Of a stretch of 64,000 nucleotides of DNA, positions 1-10,749 are shown one piece after another. Positions within the stretch are counted from its first letter, which is position 1, and each line of letters opens with the position of its first letter. Origin of the DNA: an uncultured Holophaga sp. (GTDB lineage Bacteria > Acidobacteriota > Holophagae > Holophagales > Holophagaceae); NCBI GenBank assembly GCA_963664825.1, contig OY761614.1:1152001-1216000 (forward strand), in the 5' to 3' direction. Under the pieces are notes generated by a model, which searched no databases, had not been told where the DNA came from, and was given only the letters and a program-made list of their open reading frames with translations. The position numbers and the translations under genes were made by a program.

Positions 1-1
1 C

Positions 2-1477
2 CTCTCGGCCAACCCCGCGGCCGAGCGCATCCTGGGCCTGTCCCTGGATCAGCTGCAGGGCCGCGCCGCCATCGATCCCAGCTGGCGGGTCATCCACGAG
101 GACGGCAGCCCTTTCCCCAGCGAGGCCTTCCCCTCCATGGAGACCCTGCGGGAGGGCAAGCCTGTTTCGGACGTCGTCATGGGCGTCCTGGATGACCAGC
201 GGAGCAGCCCCACGTGGATCGAGGCCAGCGCCGTGCCCTTGTTCCGGCAGGGCGAGGCTGGCCCCTACCTGGTCTGCACCACCTTCCTCGAGATCACCTC
301 CCGGAAGGAGGCCGAGGAAAATGAACGCGTGCTCACCGCTCAACTCCACCACGCCCAGAGGCTGGATGCCCTGGGACAGCTGGCGGGAGGCATCGCCCAC
401 GACACGAATAACATGCTCAGCGTCATCATCGGCTATACGGACCTGCTCACGGAGGATGACACCCTGGCGCTGAGGACCAGGAACGATCTGGGGCAGATCC
501 GAAAAGCCGCCCTGCATTCCGCCGAACTCATCCGCCAATTGCTGGCCTTCGCCCGGCGCCAGACCATCCAGCCCCAGGCCGCCAACCTGAATGTCCAGGT
601 GGAGGACACCCAACAGATGCTCCGGCGCCTCATCGGCGAGCAGCACACCCTGGTCTGGAAGCCCGGCGCCAACCTCTGGAATGTGTGGGTGGATCCCTCC
701 CAGGTGGACCAGGTCCTGGCCAATCTGACGGTGAATGCCAGGGATGCCCTCGCCCCCGGGGGCACCATCACCCTGGAGACGGCCAATATCGCCGTCGACG
801 AAGCCTATGCCCATCTGCATCCCGAGGCCGTGCCCGGGGACTACGTGGTCTTGATGGTGACCGATACGGGACACGGCATGAGCCCCGAGGTGCAGGCCCA
901 CATCTTTGAACCCTTTTTCACCACCAAGGGACCGGGACGGGGCACGGGACTGGGGCTGGCTACGGTCTACGGCATCGTCCGGCAGAACAAGGGTTTCATC
1001 ACGATCTACAGCGCCCTGGGCCAGGGCACGACCTTCCGCATCCACCTGCCGCGCTATCAGGGCGAGGAGGGCGCCCGGGCGGCCTCGGCGGAACTGGACA
1101 TGATGACCGGCATGGAAACCATCCTGCTGGTGGAGGACGAGGAGGCCCTGCTGGTGCTGGGGCAGAGGCTCCTCGAGGCCGCGGGCTACCGGGTGCTGGC
1201 CACCTCCCGTCCCCTGGAGGCCCTGCGCCTGGTCCAGGAATCCTGCGAGGACATCACCCTGGTGGCCACGGATCTGGTGATGCCGGAACTCAATGGCCGT
1301 GAACTCTTCGAAAAGATCCACGCCCTGCGCCCCGCCATCCGGGCCCTCTTCCTCTCGGGCTACCCCTCCGGGACCATCAGCCTGGAACACCTGCCCGAGG
1401 GGGGCACGGGATTCCTGCAAAAGCCCTTCACGCGCCTGGGACTGCTGCGCAAGGTGCGGGAAGTGCTCGAGAGCTGA
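2..1477 (+). CDS. Hybrid PAS-domain sensor histidine kinase/response regulator (5' end outside window)
   Basis: Frame open from window start (PAS-like SANPAAERILG); H-box GGIAHDTNN, N-box NARDA, DTGHGM, GTGLGL; C-terminal receiver (LLVEDE, TDLVMP, QKPF). Confidence 0.93.
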   Translation, partial: LSANPAAERILGLSLDQLQGRAAIDPSWRVIHEDGSPFPSEAFPSMETLREGKPVSDVVMGVLDDQRSSPTWIEASAVPLFRQGEAGPYLVCTTFLEITSRKEAEENERVLTAQLHHAQRLDALGQLAGGIAHDTNNMLSVIIGYTDLLTEDDTLALRTRNDLGQIRKAALHSAELIRQLLAFARRQTIQPQAANLNVQVEDTQQMLRRLIGEQHTLVWKPGANLWNVWVDPSQVDQVLANLTVNARDALAPGGTITLETANIAVDEAYAHLHPEAVPGDYVVLMVTDTGHGMSPEVQAHIFEPFFTTKGPGRGTGLGLATVYGIVRQNKGFITIYSALGQGTTFRIHLPRYQGEEGARAASAELDMMTGMETILLVEDEEALLVLGQRLLEAAGYRVLATSRPLEALRLVQESCEDITLVATDLVMPELNGRELFEKIHALRPAIRALFLSGYPSGTISLEHLPEGGTGFLQKPFTRLGLLRKVREVLES

Positions 1478-1502
1478 GAAGGCGTCTGCCAGGTGGCGCG
1501 GG

Positions 1503-2453
1503 CTAGGCCTCCAGCCGAACTCTCATGCCCTGGATGACATTCCACAGGACATCCAGGAAGAACCGCGTCAGATCCCTTTGCCCGCTCTGGGGATGCCAGA
1601 CCACATCCACGGGAATGCTCAGGGAATCCGTGAGGATGGGTTCCGACCGGATCGAAGAATGGCCCTCCGGCATGCAAATTCCAAAACAGCCCGGGAGAAC
1701 GGCCAGCACTGGCAGGCGTTCCAGGATCGACGGCAGGGCCAATAGGCTGGAGGTCGACGCGATGACCCTTCGGGCCAAACCCTTGCGCCGGAGGGCTTGA
1801 TCCAGCAAATCGAGGCTCTCCCCTACATACATGGCGAAGACATGGGGGTGGGCGCTCAGGGCCTCCAGGGGCACCGGTGAGGGGAGAGCGAGCAACCGAT
1901 GGTTGAAGAAACATCGGACGGAGGCTCCAAAGAGCCGCTGCCGCTCCACAGGGCAGCGCAGATGGGGGAAATATCCCAAAGCCGCGTGGATCCTCCCCTC
2001 CGCCAAGGCACTCTCCATGGTAGCCATGGGTAGGTTCTTCACTTCCACGGCGATACCCGGAGCCAATGTCAGAAGCCTCTCCAGCATTTCAGGAAGCAGG
2101 ACCATCTCCATGAGATCCGACATGGCCACACGCAAGACCCCCTTGGTCAGGGCAGGATCAAAGGGCGTCGCCCCACCCAGGAAGCCCTGGGCTTCCTCTA
2201 GCCAGGCATTGACCCGGGGTTGCAGTTCAAGGGCGAAGGGGGTGGGTTCCATGGCCATCCCCCGCCGCCTCAAGATGTCATCCCCGAAGGTTTCCCTCAA
2301 GCGTTTCAGGATATGGCTCGCTGCGGGTTGACCCACACAGAGGCGTCGGGCCGTTTCGCTCACACTGCGGGTCTCCAGCAACGTATCGAAGGCCAGCAGA
2401 AGGTTGAGATCCAGGCGACGTAATCCGAGGAGGTGATTATTACTTATTTTCAT
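1503..2453 (-). CDS. LysR-family transcriptional regulator
   Basis: N-terminal HTH LDLNLLLAFDTLLETRSVSETARRLCVGQPAASHILKRLRETFGD; 316 aa. Confidence 0.93.
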   Translation of the reverse strand: MKISNNHLLGLRRLDLNLLLAFDTLLETRSVSETARRLCVGQPAASHILKRLRETFGDDILRRRGMAMEPTPFALELQPRVNAWLEEAQGFLGGATPFDPALTKGVLRVAMSDLMEMVLLPEMLERLLTLAPGIAVEVKNLPMATMESALAEGRIHAALGYFPHLRCPVERQRLFGASVRCFFNHRLLALPSPVPLEALSAHPHVFAMYVGESLDLLDQALRRKGLARRVIASTSSLLALPSILERLPVLAVLPGCFGICMPEGHSSIRSEPILTDSLSIPVDVVWHPQSGQRDLTRFFLDVLWNVIQGMRVRLEA

Positions 2454-2460
2454 AGACTCT

Positions 2461-2475
2461 ATCCAAACTATCGAT
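2461..2475. promoter_or_regulatory. Putative LysR binding box (ATC-N9-GAT; T-N11-A)
   Basis: ATCcaaactatcGAT immediately upstream of the lysR start, in an AT-rich divergent intergenic region. Confidence 0.4.
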
Positions 2476-2700
2476 TCATGACATGCGTTTTTTTGGCCGA
2501 ATCCTTAATGGTAAGTCACTTTCATATATGAACCCTTCCCACCCAGGCCCCCGAACTTCGACTTCATGCCAATGATCCAATTCCGTCGAAGAAAGGAAGA
2601 ACCACGGCCTGTGGGGTCAGATCCTTCAAGTCAGGTCCATTGCGGATCGCGGCCTCCAAACCACCCTGCCCTAATTCTCAACCATAATAATGAGTTTATC

Positions 2701-3027
2701 ATGCTAACCTATAAACCCACACACCCGAACGGCCAGGCCACGCTTCAGCTCACAGGGGCCCTCACCATCTACACAGCGGCCGAGGCCAAGGCCGAGATCC
2801 CGGCACGGATGGCCAAGGCGGGTACCCAGACCCTGGATCTCTCCGGCGTTGAGGAACTGGATACCGCAGGCGTGCAGCTCTTGCTCTGGCTCAAGCGCGA
2901 GGCGGCGAACCAGGGCAAGGCCCTGGTGCTCGCCCACCACAGTCCCGCAGTCCTGGAAATCCTCGATCTGCTGAAGCTGACGGCCACCTTTGGCGATCCC
3001 ATCCTCCTTTCCCCCTCCGCTTCCTGA
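2701..3027 (+). CDS. STAS-domain protein (chemosensory cluster associated)
   Basis: LTGALTIYTA...LDLSGVEELDTAGVQLLL; ATG at 2701 preferred over the ORF-track start. Confidence 0.88.
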   Translation: MLTYKPTHPNGQATLQLTGALTIYTAAEAKAEIPARMAKAGTQTLDLSGVEELDTAGVQLLLWLKREAANQGKALVLAHHSPAVLEILDLLKLTATFGDPILLSPSAS

Positions 3028-3037
3028 AGGAGCCACC

Positions 3038-5224
3038 ATGGATCTCGATAAGGCGAAGCAGACCTTCATCATCGAGGCCAGAGAATTACTGGCGGCCATG
3101 GAGGAAGCGCTCCTGGGCATCGAGGGCGAAGTGGATACGGGCGAATCCATCAACGCCATGTTCCGGGCCGTCCACACCATCAAGGGTTCCGCAGGCCTCT
3201 TCGGCCTGGACCCGGTGGTGCGCTTCGCCCATACGGTGGAGAGCGTCATGGACCGGGTGCGGGCCCGCCAGATCACGCTGGACCCAACCCTCATCGGGAT
3301 CCTGTTGGAATGCCACGATCACCTGGAGAGCCTCATCTCCTCCACCCAGGAGGGCGTCGAGGAGGCGCCCGAGAGCCAGGAGGTGAGCAAGAGACTCCTG
3401 GGAAGCTTGGTGCCCTACCTGGAGAACGGGGGCGCCTCCGCAGCCCCTTCGGCCTCCCTGGCCACACGCTCCGGTGAACACGCGAAAAATGGCCGGAACG
3501 AATGCTGGCACCTCTCCATCCGCTTCGGAAGCGATGTGCTGCGCAATGGCATGGATCCCCTCTCCTTCATCCGCTACCTGGGCACCCTGGGGCGCATCGT
3601 CCATCTCGTGCCGCTGCTGGAGAGCCTGCCGCTGGGTGCCACCTATGATCCGGAGTGCTGCTATCTGGGCCTGGAGCTGGATCTGGAAACCGATGCCGAG
3701 CGCCAGGCCATCGAGGATGTCTTCGAATTCGTGCGGGACGATAGCCGCATCCGCCTGATCCCTCCCCATTCCAAGGTGGAGGAATACATCGCCTTCATCC
3801 GGGAGATGCCCGAAGGCGAGCGCTTCCTGGGGGAGATCCTGGTGGCCGGGGGCTGCATCACAGCCAAGGACCTGGAAGAGGCCCTCCATACCCAGAAGAG
3901 CGAGGCCATGGAAGAGGGCGCCATCCAGGGCCGACGCATCGGCAATATCCTCATCGAGGATCAGGCCGTGCCCCCGCCCCTGGTGGCGGCGGCCCTGGAT
4001 AAGCAGAAGAAATTCCAGGAACGCCAGGCCCAGGAGATGAAGGTCGTCAAGGTCCAGGCCGACAAGCTGGATCGGCTGGTGGATCTGGTGGGAGAGCTGG
4101 TGATCTCCGGGGCCTCGGCCAACGCCATGGCCGCAGAAATGGCCATCAATTCCCGGGACGCCCGGCTCCTGGAGGCCACCACCATCGTCAATAAGCTGGT
4201 GGAGGAGATCCGCGATAACGCCCTCAGCCTGCGCATGGTGCAGATCGGCGACACCTTCAACCGCTTCCGCCGCATCGTGCGGGATGTGTCCCAGGAGATG
4301 GGCAAGACCATCGAACTGGAGATCCACGGAGGGGATACCGAACTGGACAAGACCATCGTGGAAAAGCTGAGCGATCCGCTCATGCACATCGTCCGCAATT
4401 CCATCGACCACGGCATCGAGCCCCTGGAAGTGCGCCGGGCGCGGGGGAAACCCGATATCGGTTCGCTCTCTCTCACGGCCTTCCACGAATCCGGCAGCAT
4501 CGTCATCGAAGTGGCCGATGACGGCGGCGGGCTCAATAAGGCCAAGATCCTCCAGAAGGCCATCGAGCGGGGCCTGGTGCGCGAGGGGGCCGAACTCAGC
4601 GAGAGCGAGATCACTAGCCTCATCTTCGAACCCGGCTTTTCCACGGCCGACGCCGTCACCAAGCTCTCGGGCCGGGGCGTGGGCATGGACGTGGTGCGGC
4701 GCAATATCGATGAGCTGCGAGGCACCATCGAAGTGGAATCCTATGAGGAGGGCGGCACCACCATTCGCATTCGCCTGCCCCTGACCCTGGCGATCATCGA
4801 CGGGTTCCGGGTGGGCATCGGCGGAGCCTCATACGTCGTGCCTCTCGATATGGTCATCGAATGTCTGGATCTGGGTCCCTTCCTGGAATCCGAGGAGAAC
4901 CACCTCATCAATTTGCGGGGCGAAGTGCTGCCCTTCCTGCGTCTGCGGGAAGTCTTCCAGATGAAGGGAGAAGCCCCGACCCGGGAGCGGGTGATCGTGG
5001 TCCAGTACGGGGAGACCCGGGCGGGCCTGGTGGTGGACAAGCTCATGGGCGAATTCCAGACCGTGATCAAGCCCCTGGGCAATCTCTTCAAGAATGTGCG
5101 GGGCGTGGGGGGGTCCACCATCCTCGGTTCCGGCGAAGTGGCCCTGATTTTAGATGTGCCCCAGTTGGTGGCCCTGGCTTCGGAACACCGCACCTCCCTC
5201 TCCAGGCTCCTGGCACCCCAATAG
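3038..5224 (+). CDS. cheA: Chemotaxis histidine kinase CheA
   Basis: Hpt [40 protein letters not shown]-terminal CheW-like P5; RBS AAGGAG before ATG 3038. Confidence 0.96.
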   Translation: MDLDKAKQTFIIEARELLAAMEEALLGIEGEVDTGESINAMFRAVHTIKGSAGLFGLDPVVRFAHTVESVMDRVRARQITLDPTLIGILLECHDHLESLISSTQEGVEEAPESQEVSKRLLGSLVPYLENGGASAAPSASLATRSGEHAKNGRNECWHLSIRFGSDVLRNGMDPLSFIRYLGTLGRIVHLVPLLESLPLGATYDPECCYLGLELDLETDAERQAIEDVFEFVRDDSRIRLIPPHSKVEEYIAFIREMPEGERFLGEILVAGGCITAKDLEEALHTQKSEAMEEGAIQGRRIGNILIEDQAVPPPLVAAALDKQKKFQERQAQEMKVVKVQADKLDRLVDLVGELVISGASANAMAAEMAINSRDARLLEATTIVNKLVEEIRDNALSLRMVQIGDTFNRFRRIVRDVSQEMGKTIELEIHGGDTELDKTIVEKLSDPLMHIVRNSIDHGIEPLEVRRARGKPDIGSLSLTAFHESGSIVIEVADDGGGLNKAKILQKAIERGLVREGAELSESEITSLIFEPGFSTADAVTKLSGRGVGMDVVRRNIDELRGTIEVESYEEGGTTIRIRLPLTLAIIDGFRVGIGGASYVVPLDMVIECLDLGPFLESEENHLINLRGEVLPFLRLREVFQMKGEAPTRERVIVVQYGETRAGLVVDKLMGEFQTVIKPLGNLFKNVRGVGGSTILGSGEVALILDVPQLVALASEHRTSLSRLLAPQ

Positions 5225-5276
5225 CCGCATCCCTCGAACGCTTTTCATCCCTTTCCAACTTCTTTGGAGTTTGATC

Positions 5277-6899
5277 GTGCTCAAGAACATGAAGGTCGCC
5301 GTCCGGCTCGCCACCGCTTTCGGGCTTCTCCTCCTGCTAATGCTGGTCATGGCCACCGGAAATTACATCAGCATGCGTTCGGCGAGCACACAGGTCGGTG
5401 CGATCGTCCATACCAACACGCCCGAACTCGTGGCCGCCAAGGATACGGTTATCGCCAGTTGGGTCATAGGTTCAACCTCTCGGGATGTCCTACTGGCCAA
5501 CACGAGTCAGGAATATCAGAAGGCCAAGGAGAGCCTTAAGGCCTCCCAGGAGAAGTATCTGGAATCATCCGGAAAGACCATGAAGCTCTTCGAGACCTTC
5601 GATGCCAGCACCACGGCCAAGGAGAAGGATCTCCTCAAACAGGCCAAGGATTATCGCGAGAAGGTCTGGACCAGCATCGATCACATGATGAACCTCTTGG
5701 ACCAGGGCAAGAAGGCCGAGGCCGAGCAGGTGCGCATCTCCGAAGTGCGCCCTGATCTGCTGGGCATTGTGGGGAAGCTCACGGAACTGGCCGACTATGA
5801 GACGGAATTGAATGCCAAGACCGGTGAAGAAGTGAATAGCGGCATGAGTTCGGCTCAGCGAACTAGCATCATCCTATTCGTTTTGGCCATCGCCTTTGGC
5901 GTGGCCGCAGCGATGGTGGTCACCAAGAGCATCACGGGCGATCTGGGCGGTGAGCCCGGCTACGCGGAGGAGGTCGTGAAGCGCATCGCAGGGGGCGATC
6001 TGAGCGTGGATGTGCAGACCCTCCCCGGGGACAAGGCCAGCATGATGGTCTCCATCAAGGAGATGGTCTCTAAGCTCGTGGAGATCATCGGCCAGGTGAG
6101 GGAGAACTCGGGATCCCTGGTGGGAGCCGCCGAACAACTGAGCGCCACGGCCCAGACCCTGAGCCAGGGGGCCTCGGAGCAGGCGGCCAGCGTGGAAGAG
6201 ACCTCGGCCAGCATGGAAGAGATGAGTGCTTCCATCGCGCAAAATAACGAGAACTCCAAGGTCACAGGCGATATCGCCACCCGCAGCGCCAAGGAAGCCG
6301 TGGAGGGCGGAGAGTCCGTGCGGGAGACCGTGGCGGCCATGAAGCAGATCGCGAAGAAGATTGCCATCATCGATGACATCGCCTACCAGACCAACCTGCT
6401 GGCGCTGAACGCCGCCATCGAAGCGGGCCGGGCGGGCGAGCATGGCAAGGGCTTCGCCGTGGTGGCAGCCGAAGTGCGCAAGCTGGCCGAACGCAGCCAG
6501 GTGGCCGCCGAAGAGATCAGCCAACTGGCCTCGGGCAGTGTAGGCCTGGCCGAAAAAGCGGGCGGACTGTTGGAAACGATTGTTCCCTCCATCCAGAAAA
6601 CGGCCGATCTCGTGCAGGAGATCGCCGCGGCTTCCGCCGAACAGAATTCCGGCGTGGGCCAGATCAATGGGGCCCTCACCCAGATCACCCAGGCCGTGCA
6701 GCAGAATGCTGCCGCTTCCGAAGAACTGGCATCCACCTCGGAAGAAGTGAACGCCCAGGCTCAGGAGCTCCAGAACACCATGGAATTCTTCCGCCTCGCT
6801 GGGGGAACTCAGAAGAAGGTGCGGACGGTTTCCCCCAAGGTCAATATCCGACGGCCCGCCACCGAAGACATCGACGACCGCCAATTCACGCGCTTCTAG
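5277..6899 (+). CDS. Methyl-accepting chemotaxis protein
   Basis: Two TM helices flanking a periplasmic helical domain; hairpin tip [43 protein letters not shown] start after GGAG; C-terminal pentapeptide QFTRF. Confidence 0.95.
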   Translation: MLKNMKVAVRLATAFGLLLLLMLVMATGNYISMRSASTQVGAIVHTNTPELVAAKDTVIASWVIGSTSRDVLLANTSQEYQKAKESLKASQEKYLESSGKTMKLFETFDASTTAKEKDLLKQAKDYREKVWTSIDHMMNLLDQGKKAEAEQVRISEVRPDLLGIVGKLTELADYETELNAKTGEEVNSGMSSAQRTSIILFVLAIAFGVAAAMVVTKSITGDLGGEPGYAEEVVKRIAGGDLSVDVQTLPGDKASMMVSIKEMVSKLVEIIGQVRENSGSLVGAAEQLSATAQTLSQGASEQAASVEETSASMEEMSASIAQNNENSKVTGDIATRSAKEAVEGGESVRETVAAMKQIAKKIAIIDDIAYQTNLLALNAAIEAGRAGEHGKGFAVVAAEVRKLAERSQVAAEEISQLASGSVGLAEKAGGLLETIVPSIQKTADLVQEIAAASAEQNSGVGQINGALTQITQAVQQNAAASEELASTSEEVNAQAQELQNTMEFFRLAGGTQKKVRTVSPKVNIRRPATEDIDDRQFTRF

Positions 6900-6900
6900 C

Positions 6901-7458
6901 ATGGCTGAATCGATGCAGCTCGTCCCCCGCAGTCCCGAGGCGCTCAATACCCCGGGAAAGAGCGCGCTACATAGCCAGTTCCTCACCTTCTCCCTGAGAG
7001 GCGAAGTCCTCGCCATGGAAGTCCGCTTCGTCAAGGAGATCCTCCAGTACGGCTCCATCACCGAAGTGCCCCTCGCCCCCCCCACCGTGCGGGGAGTGAT
7101 GAACCTGCGGGGGGCCGTGATCCCGGTGATCGATCTGGCGGTGCGCTTCGGCCGTCCGGCCACAGCCGCGGACAAGCGGACCTGTGTGGTCATCCTGGAG
7201 GTGGAAGAAGAGGATCGGACAACCGTTATGGGCATCGTGGTGGATCATGTGAGCGAGGTCCTGGATATCTCCGAGAACGAGATCGAAGCCGCACCCTCCT
7301 TTGGAAGCACCCTCCGGGCCGATTTCGTCCGGGGGGTGGGGAAGATCGGAGGCCGCTTCGTCATCCTGCTGGATATCGAACGTGTGCTCTCCGCCGAAGA
7401 ACTGGGGAGTTTCGAGTTCGCCCAGGATCGTGCCTGCGTTTCTGAACCCGCATCCTGA
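6901..7458 (+). CDS. cheW: CheW coupling protein
   Basis: QFLTFSL...VRGVMNLRGAVIPVIDL...GIVVDHVSEV. Confidence 0.94.
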   Translation: MAESMQLVPRSPEALNTPGKSALHSQFLTFSLRGEVLAMEVRFVKEILQYGSITEVPLAPPTVRGVMNLRGAVIPVIDLAVRFGRPATAADKRTCVVILEVEEEDRTTVMGIVVDHVSEVLDISENEIEAAPSFGSTLRADFVRGVGKIGGRFVILLDIERVLSAEELGSFEFAQDRACVSEPAS

Positions 7459-7471
7459 GGAGGAGCCTGTC

Positions 7472-8008
7472 ATGGCGGAACCGAGACTCGGTGCCCGAAA
7501 AATCAAGACCGCTCCCCCGGCGGAGCCGAAGAAACAATACCTCGCCTTCGGGCTGGGGGGTGAAGCCTTCGCCATGGAGATCGGCTATGTGAAGGAGGTC
7601 ATCCAGTATGGGGAACTCACCGACGTGCCCCTGATGCCCCCCTTCATCCGGGGCGTCATCAATCTCCGGGGCGCCATGGTGCCGGTGATCGATCTCTCCG
7701 TGCGCTTCGGGAGGCCCCCGACGGAAGTGGCCCATCGGAGCTGCGTGGTCATCCTGGAGGTGCCCCGACCGGAGGGCCCCGTGATCGTGGGCGTCATCGT
7801 GGAAAACGTGAGCGAAGTGTTGGAGCTGGCCGCTTCGGAGATCGAAGCGGCGCCTTCCTTCGGGGGGGATCTCCGCAGGGAGTTCCTGAGCGGCGTCGGC
7901 AAGATCGGCACCCGCTTCGTCATCCTCCTGGACGTGAACCACGTGCTCTCCACCGATGAACTGTCGGCCCTCTCAAGCGACAAGGCCCCTCAGGCCCAGG
8001 TGGAATAG
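7472..8008 (+). CDS. cheW: Second CheW paralogue
   Basis: QYLAFGL...IRGVINLRGAMVPVIDL; RBS GAGGAG before ATG 7472. Confidence 0.94.
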   Translation: MAEPRLGARKIKTAPPAEPKKQYLAFGLGGEAFAMEIGYVKEVIQYGELTDVPLMPPFIRGVINLRGAMVPVIDLSVRFGRPPTEVAHRSCVVILEVPRPEGPVIVGVIVENVSEVLELAASEIEAAPSFGGDLRREFLSGVGKIGTRFVILLDVNHVLSTDELSALSSDKAPQAQVE

Positions 8009-8048
8009 CCCTCCAATACAGGGAATCCGGGTCCTCCGAGCTGATTAA

Positions 8049-8077
8049 TACGATGATCGTAATTTACGGTTATCGTA
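8049..8077. promoter_or_regulatory. Tandem palindromic operators, probably bound by the adjacent MarR
   Basis: TACGATgATCGTA (8049-8061, perfect) and TACGGTtATCGTA (8065-8077) just upstream of the marR-MFS operon. Confidence 0.6.
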
Positions 8078-8104
8078 CTAATTCACTCGTGCCCCAGAGA
8101 TCCC

Positions 8105-8575
8105 ATGCCCTCCACCCCGATCCCAGCGCCCCCCGACGATATCCCCCACCTCTGGCACGCCCTGCTCGGCTGCATGCGCACAGTGAAGGCCGAAGCCCGG
8201 TTCCAGGCCATCCACGGCCTCTCCCCCCTGGAGACGGAGACCCTGGACCGGGTGGCGGAACACCCGGACCTCATCCTGAGGGAACTGGCCGCAGCTTTGC
8301 AGATCCCCCAGAGCACCCTCACCAGCCTCATCAACCGGCTGGAACGCCAGGAACTGCTGATGCGGATCATCAGCCCCCGGGACCGCCGTTCCTATGGCCT
8401 GGCCCTCACGACACAGGGGCGCCGGGCTCAGGAGGCCCATCGGGAGTTCGAGCGAGTCGCCTGGACCCGCCTCCTGCGCCCCCTGGACCCTCCCAAGAAA
8501 AAGGCCTTTCGGGGCATGCTGGAAGCCCTGGTCCAGGGTTTCCACGAGAAGCAGAAGGGTCCCTCTCATGAATGA
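8105..8575 (+). CDS. MarR-family regulator
   Basis: ELAAALQIPQSTLTSLINRLERQELL...DRRSYGLALTTQG. Confidence 0.9.
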   Translation: MPSTPIPAPPDDIPHLWHALLGCMRTVKAEARFQAIHGLSPLETETLDRVAEHPDLILRELAAALQIPQSTLTSLINRLERQELLMRIISPRDRRSYGLALTTQGRRAQEAHREFERVAWTRLLRPLDPPKKKAFRGMLEALVQGFHEKQKGPSHE

Positions 8576-9962
8576 TGCCCCGGCGGTACCCGCCTCGTTG
8601 AAATGGTGGACCCTGGGGGTGGTGGGCATCGGCACCTTCATGTCGGCCCTGGATACCAGCGTCATCAATATCGCCCTGCCCAGCATCGGTCGGCAGACGG
8701 GAGCCTCCATCTCCACCCTGGAATGGGTGGCCCTGGCCTACCTGATCACCGTCAGCTCCACCCTACTGGCCTTCGGCAGACTGGGCGACCTCCAGGGCAA
8801 GCGGCGCATCTACATGCTCGGCCTGGCCGTCTTCGGAATGGGTTCCCTTTTCTGCGGCCTCTCGGGAGGCATCGGCCTGCTCATCGGCTCCCGGGTCATC
8901 CAAGGCCTGGGGGGCGCCATGCTGTTCGCCCTCAGTCCGGCCCTCCTCGTGGCCGTCTTCCCGCCCCAGGAAAGGGGCCGCGCCCTGGGCATGCAGGCCA
9001 CCATGACCTATCTGGGCATGTCCATCGGACCGGGCCTGGGGGGCTTCCTGACCCAGCACTTCGGCTGGCCCTCCATTTTCTTCGTGAACGTGCCCATCGC
9101 CATCCTCATGCTGGCGGTCTCCTTCAGGGTGCTGCGGGTGGACGCCCGGCAACAGGCCCAGCCCTTCGATCTGCGAGGTTCGGTGACCATGATGGTCGCC
9201 CTGGCCTTCCTCCTGTTTGTACTGAGCAAGGGCCTGGACCTGGGCTGGACCAGCCCGGGAATCCTCGCGGCGGGCACGGTGGCGCTGCTGGCCTTCACGT
9301 TCTTCCTCCGCACCGAGACCAGCATTCCCCACCCGGCCTTGGATCTGCGACTCTTCGGCTCTCGGGTGTTCTCCTTTTCCACCCTGGCGGCCTTCCTGTG
9401 CTACGCCACCACCGCGAGCATCAATTTCATGCTGCCTTTCTTCCTCATCCAGGGCTGCGGCCGCACCATCGCCCAGGCCGGTCTGGTGATGATGATGATC
9501 CCGGTGGGCATGCTGGCCCTCACAGGTCTCAGCGGCTGGCTTTCGGACCGCATCGGCCCCCGCATCCCCACCGTGCTGGGCCTGCTGTTCATGGCCATGG
9601 GCTTCCTACTTCTGCGCACCCTGAGTCCCGCGACCCCCCTGCATCCCACACTCGCCATCACGCTGCTCATCGGCCTGGGCGCGGGCCTATTCACGGCCCC
9701 CAATAACAGCGCCATCATGGGCGCGGCCCCCAGAGCCCGCCAGGGAGTGGCCGGCGCGGTGCTCGCCGCCGCCCGCACCACAGGATTTGCCTCCGGGGTG
9801 GCCCTGGGCGGTCTGTGCCTGACACTCGCCATGCGCCATCTGGCAGCCCCGGCCGCGGTCCAGGTCGGCCTCCGCCACGGGTTGCTGCTCCTGAGCGGAA
9901 TGGCGATCCTGGCCGCGGCCCTATGCCTGGCCCGCAACAGGACACGGGTCAGCGGGGCCTGA
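8568..9962 (+). CDS. MFS efflux transporter, DHA2/EmrB-QacA-like
   Basis: FMSALDTSVINIALPSI, GRLGDLQGKRR, ~14 hydrophobic segments; start overlaps marR end. Confidence 0.92.
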   Translation: MNDAPAVPASLKWWTLGVVGIGTFMSALDTSVINIALPSIGRQTGASISTLEWVALAYLITVSSTLLAFGRLGDLQGKRRIYMLGLAVFGMGSLFCGLSGGIGLLIGSRVIQGLGGAMLFALSPALLVAVFPPQERGRALGMQATMTYLGMSIGPGLGGFLTQHFGWPSIFFVNVPIAILMLAVSFRVLRVDARQQAQPFDLRGSVTMMVALAFLLFVLSKGLDLGWTSPGILAAGTVALLAFTFFLRTETSIPHPALDLRLFGSRVFSFSTLAAFLCYATTASINFMLPFFLIQGCGRTIAQAGLVMMMIPVGMLALTGLSGWLSDRIGPRIPTVLGLLFMAMGFLLLRTLSPATPLHPTLAITLLIGLGAGLFTAPNNSAIMGAAPRARQGVAGAVLAAARTTGFASGVALGGLCLTLAMRHLAAPAAVQVGLRHGLLLLSGMAILAAALCLARNRTRVSGA

Positions 9963-10749
9963 ACCCAGGGTGCGATCAAGGATAGCGATCCGGAACGCGT
10001 CAACGACTTTGAGACAGAAAGTTGCCTGAATTCTCGCTTGGACCCACCCGCTGCGGAGAGGTGCCGGGGCCATGGACAAGTCTTTGACTTGACCACAGCC
10101 CCTTGGAAAACGTATCGATTCACCCCCCTTGTCCCTGTGACCACGTAAGCCGGTGGCAGGCAGCCATGATGGGCTGGTGATGTCCCGCTTGCCCTGGCAG
10201 CCTCAGGCTGGTTCCAGTGCCGGTAGGGGCTGGTTGGATCGGGCGGAGTGGAGGGCCCTGAGCAGCCAGTCGAAGTAGGGGACGCCGCGGATGCGGGCGG
10301 TGGTGCCCAGGCTCAGGAGGCGTTCGAAGAATCGCTTTCCGTCCGCGCTGGGCAGTCGCTGGAAGATCCGCTTGAGGATCACGAGGGGGCGCAGGGCCCG
10401 CTCGGCCGCATTGTTCGTCGGCTCCACGCCCTCGACCTTCAGGAACACCCAGAGCTTGTCCCATTTCCGGAGGAGGTCCTTCCCGAGGTTTCGGGCGGCC
10501 TTGTGATCCATCGCGCTGGCCTGGATCAGACCGCGTTTGAGCCGCGCCAGATTGATGGCGGTGCAGGCCCGGAGCTCTTTCCGGCTGATGTCGCCCGCCC
10601 GGAAGGTGTGCCACAGCGCAAAGATCTCCTCCTGCTCGGCGAGCAGTCGCTTTCCCAGTGCGGCCACCTCGGGCTTCTGGGATTCGCTCAGGGCGACGAA
10701 CTCGCGGCGCAAATGGGCCCAGCAGAACTGGCGAACGGCAGATTTTAAG

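Noticed and set aside
2566..2700. Upstream extension MPMIQF of the STAS ORF, or a c-di-GMP riboswitch / sigma-28 promoter here
   Set aside because: Only superficial resemblance to a tautomerase start; riboswitch and promoter consensus spacing not matched
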